64,000 bases of DNA from NCBI GenBank assembly GCA_977020255.1, contig CDROCS010000506.1, forward strand, positions 2,914,001 through 2,978,000. The letters are read 5' to 3'. Below the pieces are notes generated by a model, which saw only the letters and a list, made by a program, of their open reading frames with translations, was not told where the DNA came from and did no database searches. The position numbers and the translations under genes were made by a program. This document shows, one piece after another, positions 10,725-21,096 of this stretch. Within the stretch, counting starts at the first letter, position 1; every line of letters starts with the position of its first letter. Origin of the DNA: Obrimoposthia wandeli (lineage: Eukaryota).

Positions 10725-10877
10725 TCTAGGTCTTTTGACTATATGATATTGCATAATTGTGCGCATTATAGCGTTATTTTCCATAGACAGTTGCTTGGCA
10801 ATACGTAGAATAAAGAGATGAAATGAGTTTAGCCTTTGGGTTAATGTTGTAAGCCATAAAAGTGAAGTTATCAGTAT

Positions 10878-11654
10878 ATGTGTGAATTATTAGGTATGAG
10901 CGCAAATGTGCCTACCGACATTTGTTTTAGTTTTTCTGGGCTGATGCAGCGTGGGGGTAAGACTGGACCACATTCTGATGGTTGGGGAATTACTTTTTAT
11001 GAGGGCAAGGGTTGCCGGACTTTTCGTGATCCTAAGCCAAGTTGCGAATCAAAAGTCGCGCAATTAGTGAAAAACTATCCGATTAAAAGCCAAGCGGTTA
11101 TTTCGCATATCCGCCAAGCTAATCGTGGTGGTGTTGCTTTAGAGAATACCCATCCTTTTACCCGCGAATTTTGGGGTAAAAACTGGACCTATGCGCATAA
11201 TGGGCAATTAACGGATTATCAAGGTTTGGCTACGGGCTTTTATACGCCAATAGGTGAAACGGATAGTGAACTTGCGTATTGCTGGATCTTACAGGAAGTA
11301 AGTAAAGAGTTTCCAACTAAACCAGATGACATGAAGCCAGTATTTAGCTTTATTGCGAGTTTATGCGATCAGTTAAGAGCGTTGGGTGTGTTTAATTTAT
11401 TATTAACAGATGGCGACTTTGTGTTTGCCTACTGTACCAATAATTTACATCATATTATTCGCGAAGCGCCGTTTGGTCATGCGCAGTTGATTGACGAAAA
11501 TATTGAAATCAACTTTGAGACTGAAACGTCAGATTCAGATGTTGTTGCTATTATCGCGACGCAGCCGCTGACGGATAATGAAGTGTGGCATAAAATGCAG
11601 CCGGGTGAATACTGTGTATTCTGCCGTGGTGAGATTATGATGACCAACGTTTAA
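10878..11654 (+). CDS. yafJ: Class II glutamine amidotransferase YafJ
   Basis: N-terminal MCELLGMS nucleophile Cys, HSDGWG, AHNGQL, GETDSE. Syntenic with gmhA. Confidence 0.9.
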   Translation: MCELLGMSANVPTDICFSFSGLMQRGGKTGPHSDGWGITFYEGKGCRTFRDPKPSCESKVAQLVKNYPIKSQAVISHIRQANRGGVALENTHPFTREFWGKNWTYAHNGQLTDYQGLATGFYTPIGETDSELAYCWILQEVSKEFPTKPDDMKPVFSFIASLCDQLRALGVFNLLLTDGDFVFAYCTNNLHHIIREAPFGHAQLIDENIEINFETETSDSDVVAIIATQPLTDNEVWHKMQPGEYCVFCRGEIMMTNV

Positions 11655-11687
11655 GTCATTACGCTAGTCTTTTTATAAAAAGTCGAT

Positions 11688-11727
11688 AAAAAAAGCCTTT
11701 ATGCAGTGATGCGATAAAGGCTTTTTT
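11688..11727. terminator. Bidirectional terminator between yafJ and purN
   Basis: AAAAAAAGCCTTTAT ... ATAAAGGCTTTTTT. Confidence 0.8.
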
Positions 11728-11751
11728 ATTATCTAGGATTAGCGTATTAAC

Positions 11752-12399
11752 TTAGTCCGCAGCGTAGCCACTTTCAGCTAATACTTCACTATCAAGAACC
11801 GCTTTGCCATTTGTCATTGCAAGGCGTCCAGCACAGAACCATTGGATAACCATCGGGTAGATCATGTGTTCTTGAGTATGTACTCGTGAACTCAATTCTT
11901 CGATGTCATCTTCTGTAAATACCGGTACTTTTGCTTGCAAGATTACTGGACCTGCGTCTAGTTCTGGCGTGACAAAATGTACTGATGCTCCATGCTCTTC
12001 ATCGCCATTATCCATAGCGCGTTGATGAGTATCTAAACCTGGATATTTAGGTAATAGAGATGGATGTATATTCAGCATCTTGCCAGCATAATGCTGTACA
12101 AAGTCATCACTTAAAATACGCATGTAACCCGCTAACACAATTAGATCTGGTTGGTATTGATCGATTTGTGTCATTAGCGCTGCATCAAATGCACCGCGGT
12201 CAGCGAAATCAGCTTGGCTAAGTGAGATTGCATCTACACCCGCTTCTTGAGCTCGCTCTAGGCCGTAAGCAGTACTCTTGTTACTAAAAACAGCAGTTAC
12301 CTTACCGTTAATAGAACCTTGTTCGCACTGATCTAGAATGGTTTGTAAATTACTGCCATTACCAGAAACTAATACTACGATAGATGCTTGTTTAGACAT
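11752..12399 (-). CDS. purN: Phosphoribosylglycinamide formyltransferase
   Basis: Motifs SGNGSNLQ, LAGYMRIL, NIHPSLLP, ELDAGP. Confidence 0.96.
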   Translation of the reverse strand: MSKQASIVVLVSGNGSNLQTILDQCEQGSINGKVTAVFSNKSTAYGLERAQEAGVDAISLSQADFADRGAFDAALMTQIDQYQPDLIVLAGYMRILSDDFVQHYAGKMLNIHPSLLPKYPGLDTHQRAMDNGDEEHGASVHFVTPELDAGPVILQAKVPVFTEDDIEELSSRVHTQEHMIYPMVIQWFCAGRLAMTNGKAVLDSEVLAESGYAAD

Positions 12400-13439
12400 T
12401 ATTTTATCTCTACTTGTTCTTCATTTTCTTCAGCGTCAGCAATCTCACCGATTAACCATGCATTTTCGCCATGGGCAGTGAAGATTTCCAGTGCTTTTTC
12501 AACTTGTGATTCAGGTAGAGCGATAACCATACCAACACCACAGTTAAACGTACGATACATTTCAGTACGTTCAACGTTACCTTTTTCTTGTAACCAGTTG
12601 AAAATTTCAGGCCACTGCCAGCTACTTTCATCAACGACAGCTTTTGTTAGTGCTGGTAGTACACGTGGGATATTTTCCCAGAAACCACCACCAGTAATGT
12701 GTGATAAAGCGTGAACTTCACACTCTTTCAGCACAGCTAGCACAGACTTAACATAGATGTTAGTAGGCGTTAGAAGAGTATCACCTAGTGTTGAATCACC
12801 AAATGCTTGACTTGGATCTTCTTTTGAAACTTCAAGGATTTTACGGACTAAAGAATAGCCGTTCGAGTGAGGGCCACTCGATCCTAAAGCAATCAGTTTG
12901 TCACCGGCAGCAACTTTAGTACCGTCGATGATGTTTTCTTTGTCTACAATGCCAACACAGAAGCCAGCAATGTCAAAATCTTTACCGTCGTACATACCTG
13001 GCATTTCAGCAGTTTCACCGCCTGTTAACGCACAACCAGATAATAAACAACCTTCGCCGATACCTGTTACAACAGCTGTAGCTACATCTACATCTAGCTT
13101 GCCTGTTGCATAGTAATCTAAGAAGAATAGTGGTTCAGCACCTTGTACAATAAGGTCGTTCACACACATAGCAACTAAATCGATACCTACCGTATCATAT
13201 TTAGCTAAATCGATAGCGAGGCGTAGTTTCGTTCCTACGCCGTCTGTTCCTGCAACCAACACTGGTTCTTTATAACCAGTAGGTAATTGGCAAAGAGCGC
13301 CGAAGCCACCTAGACCACCCATAACTTCTGGGCGTTTAGTTTTTTTCGCTACACCTTTAATGCGTTCTACTAATGCATTACCTGCGTCGATATCAACGCC
13401 TGCATCTTTATAACTTAGAGAAGTATTTTGGTTGCTCAC
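12399..13439 (-). CDS. purM: AIR synthetase
   Basis: Motifs [33 protein letters not shown]. Likely GTG start at 13439. Confidence 0.96.
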   Translation of the reverse strand: MSNQNTSLSYKDAGVDIDAGNALVERIKGVAKKTKRPEVMGGLGGFGALCQLPTGYKEPVLVAGTDGVGTKLRLAIDLAKYDTVGIDLVAMCVNDLIVQGAEPLFFLDYYATGKLDVDVATAVVTGIGEGCLLSGCALTGGETAEMPGMYDGKDFDIAGFCVGIVDKENIIDGTKVAAGDKLIALGSSGPHSNGYSLVRKILEVSKEDPSQAFGDSTLGDTLLTPTNIYVKSVLAVLKECEVHALSHITGGGFWENIPRVLPALTKAVVDESSWQWPEIFNWLQEKGNVERTEMYRTFNCGVGMVIALPESQVEKALEIFTAHGENAWLIGEIADAEENEEQVEIK

Positions 13440-13661
13440 TGGATCCCTCACAAACTAATCGTATCAATTGGATTAAAAAATCGCCGCCATGTTAACAACT
13501 TTACTCACAGAATAGAAACAATATTATAGCTTGTTTGACCTGCTAATAGATTTTATTCTTAACTCAGGCTTTTCCTTGGAATAAGCTATCATTATAGTGC
13601 CATTATTGGTAATATTGCGCGTTTTTATATCGTAGTTACTTTGATTTTATTAGGAGATTCC

Positions 13662-14288
13662 ATGAAAGTTGTTGAAGTTAAACATCCTTTAGTACGTCAT
13701 AAATTGGGTTTAATGCGCGCTGCTGATATCAGCACTAAACGTTTTCGTGAACTAGCAACAGAAGTGGGTAGCCTACTTACTTATGAAGCAACGGCTGATT
13801 TAGAATTAGAACAGAAAACTATTGATGGCTGGAATGGCGATGTTACCGTTGATCAAATCAAAGGTAAAAAAGTAACTGTAGTGCCAATTCTTCGTGCTGG
13901 TTTAGGCATGATGGATGGTGTGTTAGAACATATGCCAAGTGCACGTGTAAGTGTTGTTGGTATTTACCGTGATGAAGAAACGCTAGAAGCGATTCCTTAT
14001 TTCGAAAAAATCGTTCACAGCATTGATGAACGTTTAGCGATTGTTGTTGATCCAATGTTAGCAACAGGCGGTTCTATGATCGCAACATTAGACCTGTTAG
14101 TAGCTAAAGGTTGTAAGCACATTAAAGTCCTTGTACTTGTTGCTGCACCTGAAGGTCTAAAAGCGTTAGAAGAAGCACATCCAAATATCGAGCTTTACAC
14201 TGCATCTATTGATGAGCGTTTAGACGAAAAAGGTTACATCGTTCCAGGTCTTGGTGACGCTGGCGATAAAATCTTTGGTACTAAATAA
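13662..14288 (+). CDS. upp: Uracil phosphoribosyltransferase
   Basis: Motifs [36 protein letters not shown] before ATG 13662. Confidence 0.96.
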   Translation: MKVVEVKHPLVRHKLGLMRAADISTKRFRELATEVGSLLTYEATADLELEQKTIDGWNGDVTVDQIKGKKVTVVPILRAGLGMMDGVLEHMPSARVSVVGIYRDEETLEAIPYFEKIVHSIDERLAIVVDPMLATGGSMIATLDLLVAKGCKHIKVLVLVAAPEGLKALEEAHPNIELYTASIDERLDEKGYIVPGLGDAGDKIFGTK

Positions 14289-14697
14289 AGTAAAGATATA
14301 GCTTGTAGCATCTAGCGGGACCTAATTTATTTAGTTCCGTTAGTGAAGTAATACAGGCATCAGCTATGATGTCTGTATATTATTCAATTTGATCTCCAGT
14401 TAAATACCCTCCCCAAATCAATAAAATATGCAGTAAATATATCTGATCAATATTTATATTAATGTATCTATCATTTTCTACGCTTTTATTTTCCATGATT
14501 TAGCTCCTATAGATTTAATCTAACTTATTGATATTTAGTATGGCTAAGCTTTACCTATATTGCTAATTTAGCTGTGTTCAGGGTTTTGTTGGACATCGTG
14601 CATGGTTTGGTTATGATTGCAGTTAAATTAATCGAGGTGGCTATGGTATTATCGAAATATCAATGTGAGTCATCACGTTATTCTTGGAAAGGATTGT

Positions 14698-15744
14698 ATG
14701 AAGCGTTTACTCCCTGTTTTATTATCATTAATGTCTCTTACGCCGCTTGCTGCTAGCGCGGTTGAAGTTGCGAATCTGTATTCATCATCAGTGGTTGCTG
14801 TTGACGCGCAATCTAATCGAGATTTACAAAAAGTGGCACTTGCTGAAGTGTTAGTTAAAGTATCTGGTAATCCTTTGATTGCAAAAGATCCCGTGATAAA
14901 GAAAACCCTAATTAGGGCGCGTGAGTATTTACTTAAGCAATCTCAAGAGAATATTGATGGCGAACGTCATTTACACGTCAGCTTTAATGAGAAAAAAGTA
15001 AATCGTTTATTACGCAGTAGTGAATTCGGTGTTTGGAGTCAGAACCGCCCACAGCAAATATTATGGTTAGTCGTTGATGAAGACTTTAGCCGCAGTGTCA
15101 AAGGTGAAAATGATACGGATTACGCTGACTTTATCAATGCAATTAAAGAGCAAGCGGATAAACGTGGTGTGCCCGTGCTATTTCCGGTGATGGATCTTGA
15201 TGATCAATTGCAAGTGAGTAGCAGTGATTTATGGGGCCAGTTTACAGATCCTGTTGAATTAGCATCGACGCGCTATGCGGCAGACAATTATATTATTGCT
15301 AAAATGATTAAACAACAGGATGGTTATAAACTTAACTGGAGTTTGTATGGTCGTAATAATAGTAACGAAGCATATGAGATTTGGTTAACGGATAGTGATC
15401 AAGGCGACTTATCTGAGATGGGTGTAAAGCTGAGTTCTCGTTTAGCTGATTATCTGGGTGATCGTTATAGTGTTAAAGCTTCTGGCAATAATGAAGTGGT
15501 GTATTTTAATGTGGATGCGATTAACGGCATTACCGACTACGCTAAATTAATCGAGATGTTCTCTGCATTGTCAGCTGTAGCGCAAGTGGATCTTGAAACG
15601 GTGTCAGGCTCAAGCATCCAATTAAAATTAGTCTTACTCGGTACTCAGGAAGATCTTTTAATGGAATTATCATTAGATCAACGGATCCAAAGCAGCAAAA
15701 ATGCGTTTGATGATATGAATTTCCAGTGGAATGTGATTAATTAA
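14698..15744 (+). CDS. DUF2066-family periplasmic protein
   Basis: Signal peptide MKRLLPVLL...ASA, motifs EVLVKVSG and PVMDLDD. Conserved position before hda in marine gammaproteobacteria (from recall). Confidence 0.75.
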   Translation: MKRLLPVLLSLMSLTPLAASAVEVANLYSSSVVAVDAQSNRDLQKVALAEVLVKVSGNPLIAKDPVIKKTLIRAREYLLKQSQENIDGERHLHVSFNEKKVNRLLRSSEFGVWSQNRPQQILWLVVDEDFSRSVKGENDTDYADFINAIKEQADKRGVPVLFPVMDLDDQLQVSSSDLWGQFTDPVELASTRYAADNYIIAKMIKQQDGYKLNWSLYGRNNSNEAYEIWLTDSDQGDLSEMGVKLSSRLADYLGDRYSVKASGNNEVVYFNVDAINGITDYAKLIEMFSALSAVAQVDLETVSGSSIQLKLVLLGTQEDLLMELSLDQRIQSSKNAFDDMNFQWNVIN

Positions 15745-15841
15745 GCAATTTTATATTGTGATCTTTTACTAGCCGTTCTCTATCGGCCATTGAGGTGCTA
15801 CAATGGCCACACTAATCTTATGATTGTATGAAAGGGTGATA

Positions 15842-16555
15842 TTGAACACTCCAGCACAACTTTCTCTACCAGTACAATTGCCCGATGGTGAAACTTTCGC
15901 AAGTTTTTACCCCGGTGCTAATGTCCAACTACTGACTGCGTTAAAAAATGCTGCTGTAGGCGACGGTGATCCATTTATTTATCTATTTGGTAATCGAAGC
16001 TCGGGCACCTCTCATTTACTTCATGCTACCTGTACAGAATGTACTGATTCCGATCGTTCCGCTGCCTATTTACCGATGGAAATGTCTGCCATGATGTCGC
16101 CGTCTGTATTAGATGGTATGGAACATCTTGATATGGTGTGTATTGATAACATTGAATTGATCGCCGGGATCCGCGAGTGGGAAGTTGCACTATTCAACTT
16201 TTACAATCGCTGGCGTGATAGTCATGATCAAGATCACCCTGGATCACTTATTGTCACGGGTAACAGTGCAGCACGACACTTAGGTATTGAATTACCAGAT
16301 CTATTATCTCGATTGGATTGGGGCGTAAGTTACCAATTGCAGTTACTTGATGATGATGGCAAGTTAGCTGCTTTGCAATTACGTGCTGAATTCAGGGGAT
16401 TAAAGCTACCTGTTGATGTAGGCCGTTTTCTGCTTAACCGTTCATCTCGTGATATGAAAACGCTTATTTCTACGCTTGATCGATTAGACAATGCGTCAAT
16501 TAGTGCCCAGCGTCGACTCACGATCCCTTTTGTAAAAGAAACGCTTTCTCTATAG
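15842..16555 (+). CDS. hda: DnaA regulatory inactivator Hda
   Basis: QLSL clamp-binding motif, LPDGETFASF, DLLSRLDWG, LTIPFVKETL. TTG start chosen from RBS spacing. Confidence 0.93.
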   Translation: MNTPAQLSLPVQLPDGETFASFYPGANVQLLTALKNAAVGDGDPFIYLFGNRSSGTSHLLHATCTECTDSDRSAAYLPMEMSAMMSPSVLDGMEHLDMVCIDNIELIAGIREWEVALFNFYNRWRDSHDQDHPGSLIVTGNSAARHLGIELPDLLSRLDWGVSYQLQLLDDDGKLAALQLRAEFRGLKLPVDVGRFLLNRSSRDMKTLISTLDRLDNASISAQRRLTIPFVKETLSL

Positions 16556-16608
16556 ACAGCTATAGGAAAATCGTCTTTCAATGACAGTAAGTCGATTTCA
16601 TTAGGCAT

Positions 16609-16647
16609 AAAAAAAGGAAATAGGGTCGATGACACTATTTCCTTTTT
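16609..16647. terminator. Bidirectional terminator between hda and the DUF2069 gene
   Basis: AAAAAAAGGAAATAG ... CTATTTCCTTTTT. Confidence 0.8.
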
Positions 16648-16689
16648 GCTATCTGAATTACGCTAATCTAATCTAAATTAAATGTTAAG

Positions 16690-17274
16690 TTAGTCTTTGT
16701 TTCGCGCTTTGTGTGCTTCTTCTCGTTCTTTCTCTTCAGCCATAACGACCTTGAGTTTATCCAGACCTAGGCCGAGCTCTTTACCTTGCATACGCGCGTA
16801 AATACCATTACCAAACAACATGCAATTAGCTAAAGCAAACTCCAGTATTGCTAAGTAACGTTCATCGGGATCGGTATACATGATCGTTAATGAATGCATG
16901 TAATAGATCATCACCACGAAATTACTCCAAGCCGCCGTATATGGCTTGCCTTTGACTAATCCGTAGAATGGAATTAATAAAGGCAAGATCCAAATAAAGG
17001 CTTTCGCTAATGGATTTGATTCGTGCGCTGCTTGGCGCTCTAGCCATTTTTGTTTTTCAGCTTCAACCTGCGGTAATAATTCAGGGTTCACGTCAGCCAT
17101 TGCAGTGAGTTCTGCCAGTGCTTGTGATTGCGTATGATCTTGTACTCTTTCTGGTGTTAGCCACAATTGCCATACAAACATAAGTATGATCAGACCGAAG
17201 TAACCAAATAGACCTAAGAATCGATATTGCTTAATACGTTTTTGTGTTTCTAGTGTTGTTGGAATCGTTTGCAT
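16690..17274 (-). CDS. DUF2069-family inner membrane protein with an extended loop
   Basis: GKPYTAAWSNF and YYMHS match DUF2069 as recalled. Four hydrophobic segments. Confidence 0.75.
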   Translation of the reverse strand: MQTIPTTLETQKRIKQYRFLGLFGYFGLIILMFVWQLWLTPERVQDHTQSQALAELTAMADVNPELLPQVEAEKQKWLERQAAHESNPLAKAFIWILPLLIPFYGLVKGKPYTAAWSNFVVMIYYMHSLTIMYTDPDERYLAILEFALANCMLFGNGIYARMQGKELGLGLDKLKVVMAEEKEREEAHKARNKD

Positions 17275-17308
17275 TATTTGCTCGTTGTTAAAGAATTGTT
17301 TGCCGTGA

Positions 17309-17659
17309 TTAAAGAATTGCTAAAACATTCTCAGGAGGACGGCCAATAGTAGCTTTGCCATTCGCTAATACGATTGGGCGTTCAATGAGCTTAGGCGTTG
17401 CGATCATAGCGGTAATCAATTCATCTGTCGTTAAGCTTTCATCGTCTAAACCAAGTGCTTTATATTCAGCTTCTTTTATACGCATTAATTGACGCGGTGT
17501 TAATGCGAGTAAAGTTAGGATTTCCTGTAGCTCTGCAGCTGAAGGCGGTGTTTCGAGGTATTTTACGATGCTTGGTGTAACACCTTGCTCTTCTAATAGT
17601 GCAAGTGTTTGACGGCTTTTAGAGCAACGCGGATTATGATAAATAGTGACACTAGTCAT
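17309..17659 (-). CDS. arsC: ArsC/YfgD-family reductase
   Basis: Motifs IYHNPRCSKSR, KYLETPP, LIERPIV. Confidence 0.88.
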   Translation of the reverse strand: MTSVTIYHNPRCSKSRQTLALLEEQGVTPSIVKYLETPPSAAELQEILTLLALTPRQLMRIKEAEYKALGLDDESLTTDELITAMIATPKLIERPIVLANGKATIGRPPENVLAIL

Positions 17660-17741
17660 GGCTTGGCCTATTCCTTAAAACAAGACTTAAAAAAATGGGG
17701 ATCCTTAAAGTCCCCATTTTGCCTTTTTTCCAGTCCCTTGG

Positions 17742-19214
17742 CTAGTTTTGCAATGCCTGCATTTCTTGCTTTTCTAATTCCACTTGTTCCATCTGTGCAT
17801 CAATACGCGCGATATCAGCTGAACTGGTGGCGACGGTACGTGCAGACTGTAGTTCGTTCATGGCTTTGGGGTAATTTGCTCTGAGTTGCGCTAGGTTTGC
17901 ACGCTGTACATACATTTTGACGTTATCATCGGTTTGACGCAGTAAGTCGATATAAATACTTAAGGCAATCATATCGGTTTCATTGCTGCGTAGATAATCT
18001 CGAATCAGCTTTTTCGCTGGTTTGTATTGTTTCGCTTGCTGTAGTGCGACAGCTAAATTGATGGTAGTAACCGGATTATTGGTATACCTATCATTGGCTT
18101 TTTGTAAACGAGCAATTGCCTCATCATTGTTTTTTAGGGCTAAATCGATATCAGTTAGGGTATCAAGATAAAACAGATTATTGGGTTGCTTGCTTGCTAA
18201 TACGTTCACGATATCCTTCGCCTCGGCATTTTTTCCGAGTTGGATTAACGCCAGTGCTTGGCCATATAATGCTGCATCTTTTAAGATGAATTTTTTAGTT
18301 TTAAGTTGATTCTCAAAGAATTGCAGTGCTTGTTTCGGCTTTAAAGTGCCGTAACGGACTTGAATACGTGCTTTCGCTAATTGATAGTCAAGGCTAGGTT
18401 TATAGTAACGACTTGGATACAGTGCCGCTCTATCGCGAGCTTCGGTAACACGCGTTGTTGGTAGCGGGTGAGTGATTAACATTTGTGGTGGTGTTGAGCT
18501 AAAACGGTATTGCTCGGCTAATTTACCGAAGAATGTCGACATAGCCGCAGGATCGTAACCGGCGTTGGCCATTACTTGAATACCAATTCGATCCGCTTCA
18601 AATTCATTGGCGCGGGTATAGTTAATCGAGGATTGTGCATTGATAGCCACGGTGGTTTGCAACATGGCAATACCTGCAACTGGATTGGCAATGCCTAATA
18701 ATACTGCGCCGACTAAACCTGCCACGGTTAACTGACTATTGCCTGCTTGAGCCTCGAGACTACGTGCAAGGTGGCGCTGAGTAATATGTGAGATCTCATG
18801 AGCAATAACCGATGCAAATTCAGATTCGTTGTCGGCATATAAAAATAATCCGGTATGCACTTTGACATAACCACCCAGAAAAGCCGCGGCATTAATTTCA
18901 TCATCTTTGATCAGAAAAAAATTAAACGGAAAGCGTACAGAGTCGGTTTGGCTAATTAATTTAGCCCCCAACTCGGCAATGTACTCTTGTAACACTGGAT
19001 CGCTGACCATTGGAAAAGAGCCACGTGCAACTTTGATAAAAGCCGCGCCGTATTGGCGTTCTTGCTCGATAGATAAAGCGGTAACGCCAGCAGTACCGAT
19101 TTCCGGAAGCTTATTAGTCGCTTGCACTGAGCTTATGAAGCCCAATGTGCCGACAAATAATGCAGTACTGGTTACCCGCAATATTTTTTTGAGATACATT
19201 CTTTTTGAATACAA
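17742..19214 (-). CDS. bepA: Beta-barrel assembly-enhancing protease BepA (M48 + TPR)
   Basis: INAAA, AHEISH zinc motif, EFEADRIG, THP, TPR-like C-terminus. Confidence 0.92.
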   Translation of the reverse strand: MYSKRMYLKKILRVTSTALFVGTLGFISSVQATNKLPEIGTAGVTALSIEQERQYGAAFIKVARGSFPMVSDPVLQEYIAELGAKLISQTDSVRFPFNFFLIKDDEINAAAFLGGYVKVHTGLFLYADNESEFASVIAHEISHITQRHLARSLEAQAGNSQLTVAGLVGAVLLGIANPVAGIAMLQTTVAINAQSSINYTRANEFEADRIGIQVMANAGYDPAAMSTFFGKLAEQYRFSSTPPQMLITHPLPTTRVTEARDRAALYPSRYYKPSLDYQLAKARIQVRYGTLKPKQALQFFENQLKTKKFILKDAALYGQALALIQLGKNAEAKDIVNVLASKQPNNLFYLDTLTDIDLALKNNDEAIARLQKANDRYTNNPVTTINLAVALQQAKQYKPAKKLIRDYLRSNETDMIALSIYIDLLRQTDDNVKMYVQRANLAQLRANYPKAMNELQSARTVATSSADIARIDAQMEQVELEKQEMQALQN

Positions 19215-19448
19215 GTGGCGACCTATGCGATGAAAACTAAGTAAATCTAGTTAACATAGTAGAACATATTATTAACCGATAACAATGACAAATAGTCAGA
19301 CTGCCTATAATAGGTAAAGTTCCTAGGCCAGTTTGGTCAATTTTTGTTGATAACAGATAAGATATTTACGCTTTTGTGGAAAAAATGCTGCTAATCCTGT
19401 TAAAATCGACCAGTATTTATTTCAAATTTAAAATGAGAGTGAATTAAG

Positions 19449-20168
19449 ATGGGCAGAGCATTCCAAAACCGTAAATTATCGATGGCTAAAACAGCTGGCA
19501 TGAAAACTAAGATCTACTCTAAATATGGTAAAGAGATCTATGTATGCGCAAAAACGGGTGGTGGTGACCCTGACCACAACTTAAGCCTTCGCCGCATCAT
19601 TGAAAAAGCGAAAAAAGATCAAGTACCTACTCATGTTATTGACCGTGCTATCGAAAAAGCAGCTGGCGCTGGCGGTGAAGATTATGTACGTGCAAGTTAT
19701 GAAGGCTTTGGCCCAGGTAACAGCATGGTTATCGTTGAGTGTTTAACGGATAACGGTAAACGTACTTTCACTGATGTTCGTCAAGCATTCGTTAAGAATG
19801 GCGCGAAATTGGGTGCGCAAGGTTCTGTATCGCACATGTTTGATCATCAAGCAGTATTTGAATTCAAATTTGATGACGAAGATGCGATATTAGAATCATT
19901 GATGGAAGCTGAAGTTGATGTTGCTGATGTAGAGAATGAAGACGGTACTATTACTGTTTATGTTCCACATACTGAATTCTTCAAAACTAAAGTTGCATTG
20001 TCAGAAGCATTTCCGGCTATTGAATTTGATGCAGAAGACATCACATTCCTACCGCAAATTGAAACTGAAGTTGTTGGTGATGACGCAGAAATGTTCGAAC
20101 GTTTTCTTGCTGCACTAAACGACAGTGATGACGTACAAGAAATTTATCACAATGCAATCATTGCTTAA
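19449..20168 (+). CDS. YebC/PmpR (TACO1) family protein, YeeN-like
   Basis: Motifs [30 protein letters not shown]. Confidence 0.9.
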   Translation: MGRAFQNRKLSMAKTAGMKTKIYSKYGKEIYVCAKTGGGDPDHNLSLRRIIEKAKKDQVPTHVIDRAIEKAAGAGGEDYVRASYEGFGPGNSMVIVECLTDNGKRTFTDVRQAFVKNGAKLGAQGSVSHMFDHQAVFEFKFDDEDAILESLMEAEVDVADVENEDGTITVYVPHTEFFKTKVALSEAFPAIEFDAEDITFLPQIETEVVGDDAEMFERFLAALNDSDDVQEIYHNAIIA

Positions 20169-20211
20169 TTAATCGTTAAGTTAATGCTGTGTGGTGTTTA
20201 ACACCGTACAT

Positions 20212-20261
20212 AAAAAAGGCCGGTTACCGTTTCTTTATCAGAATGGTAACCGGCCTTTTTT
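20212..20261. terminator. Bidirectional terminator
   Basis: AAAAAAGGCCGGTTACC ... GGTAACCGGCCTTTTTT. Confidence 0.85.
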
Positions 20262-20319
20262 GATCTGATTAGTTGTCGCGTCCTTAACATGTGCTTAAGA
20301 GCGAGACGGACTAAGCAAA

Positions 20320-20889
20320 TTACATTTTTTTGCAGTATGCAGAAATGATTACCATTGCAGTACCGTTTGCACGGCCTTGAATGTGTAATGGATTATCTGT
20401 TAAACCGATATTACGTACCGCTGTACCACGTTTGATCACTAAGCTTGAACCTTTAACAGGTAAATCTTTGATGATGTTTACGTTGTCGCCAGCTTGTAAA
20501 ATAGTGCCGTTAGAGTCACGTGCTGGAGTATCGGTCATTGCTGCGATTAGCACGCCTTTTTCAGCCCATGCTTTTACGTCTTCTTCTAGATACATCATAT
20601 CAAGAAGATCACGTGACCAGTCTGCATCTAAACGGTTAAGCATACGGTATGCAAGTACTTGTACTGCTGGTACTTGGCTCCACATGCTGTCGTTTAGGCA
20701 ACGCCAATGATTTTCATCAAGCGTTTCTGGGTTACTAATTTGATCAAGGCAAGTACCACAAAGCATTACTGCACAGTCAGAGCTTTTTTCTGGTGATTCA
20801 GGTAGCTCATAAGCTGTTAAGTTAGATTCTGCTGTGCACATTTCACATTTAGAACCACTGCGTTGTAATAACGTTGTTTCGATAGACAT
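20320..20889 (-). CDS. PhnA/YjdM-domain protein with N-terminal Cys-rich region
   Basis: CxxC motifs, HWRCLNDSMWS, and a C-terminal PhnA domain (DSNGTILQAGDNVNIIKDLPVKG). Confidence 0.82.
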   Translation of the reverse strand: MSIETTLLQRSGSKCEMCTAESNLTAYELPESPEKSSDCAVMLCGTCLDQISNPETLDENHWRCLNDSMWSQVPAVQVLAYRMLNRLDADWSRDLLDMMYLEEDVKAWAEKGVLIAAMTDTPARDSNGTILQAGDNVNIIKDLPVKGSSLVIKRGTAVRNIGLTDNPLHIQGRANGTAMVIISAYCKKM

Positions 20890-21096
20890 TGAATTAATCC
20901 TCTAGATTTTGTGGGGCTATTATGCCACAACGTGAGTATTTTGGGTATCTCACAATCGACGTGACCTTGATGTTAATCGTGAAATGATGGCTTAAATAGC
21001 GACATCTACTTTGCGAACGTCACAATCAGCAACTTAGCTAGTTGAATTTAGTCAGCTAACTTAGCTACACTGGTTTTTTGTTCAGTCGGAGTTTAC

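Noticed and set aside
13440-13661. Expected PurR box upstream of purM (and of guaB)
   Set aside because: I found no GCAAACGTTT-like core. Absence by eye is too weak to claim loss of PurR control.
20320-20889. PhnA domain as evidence of phosphonate catabolism
   Set aside because: This is the small YjdM-type domain, with no phn lyase or transport genes around it.
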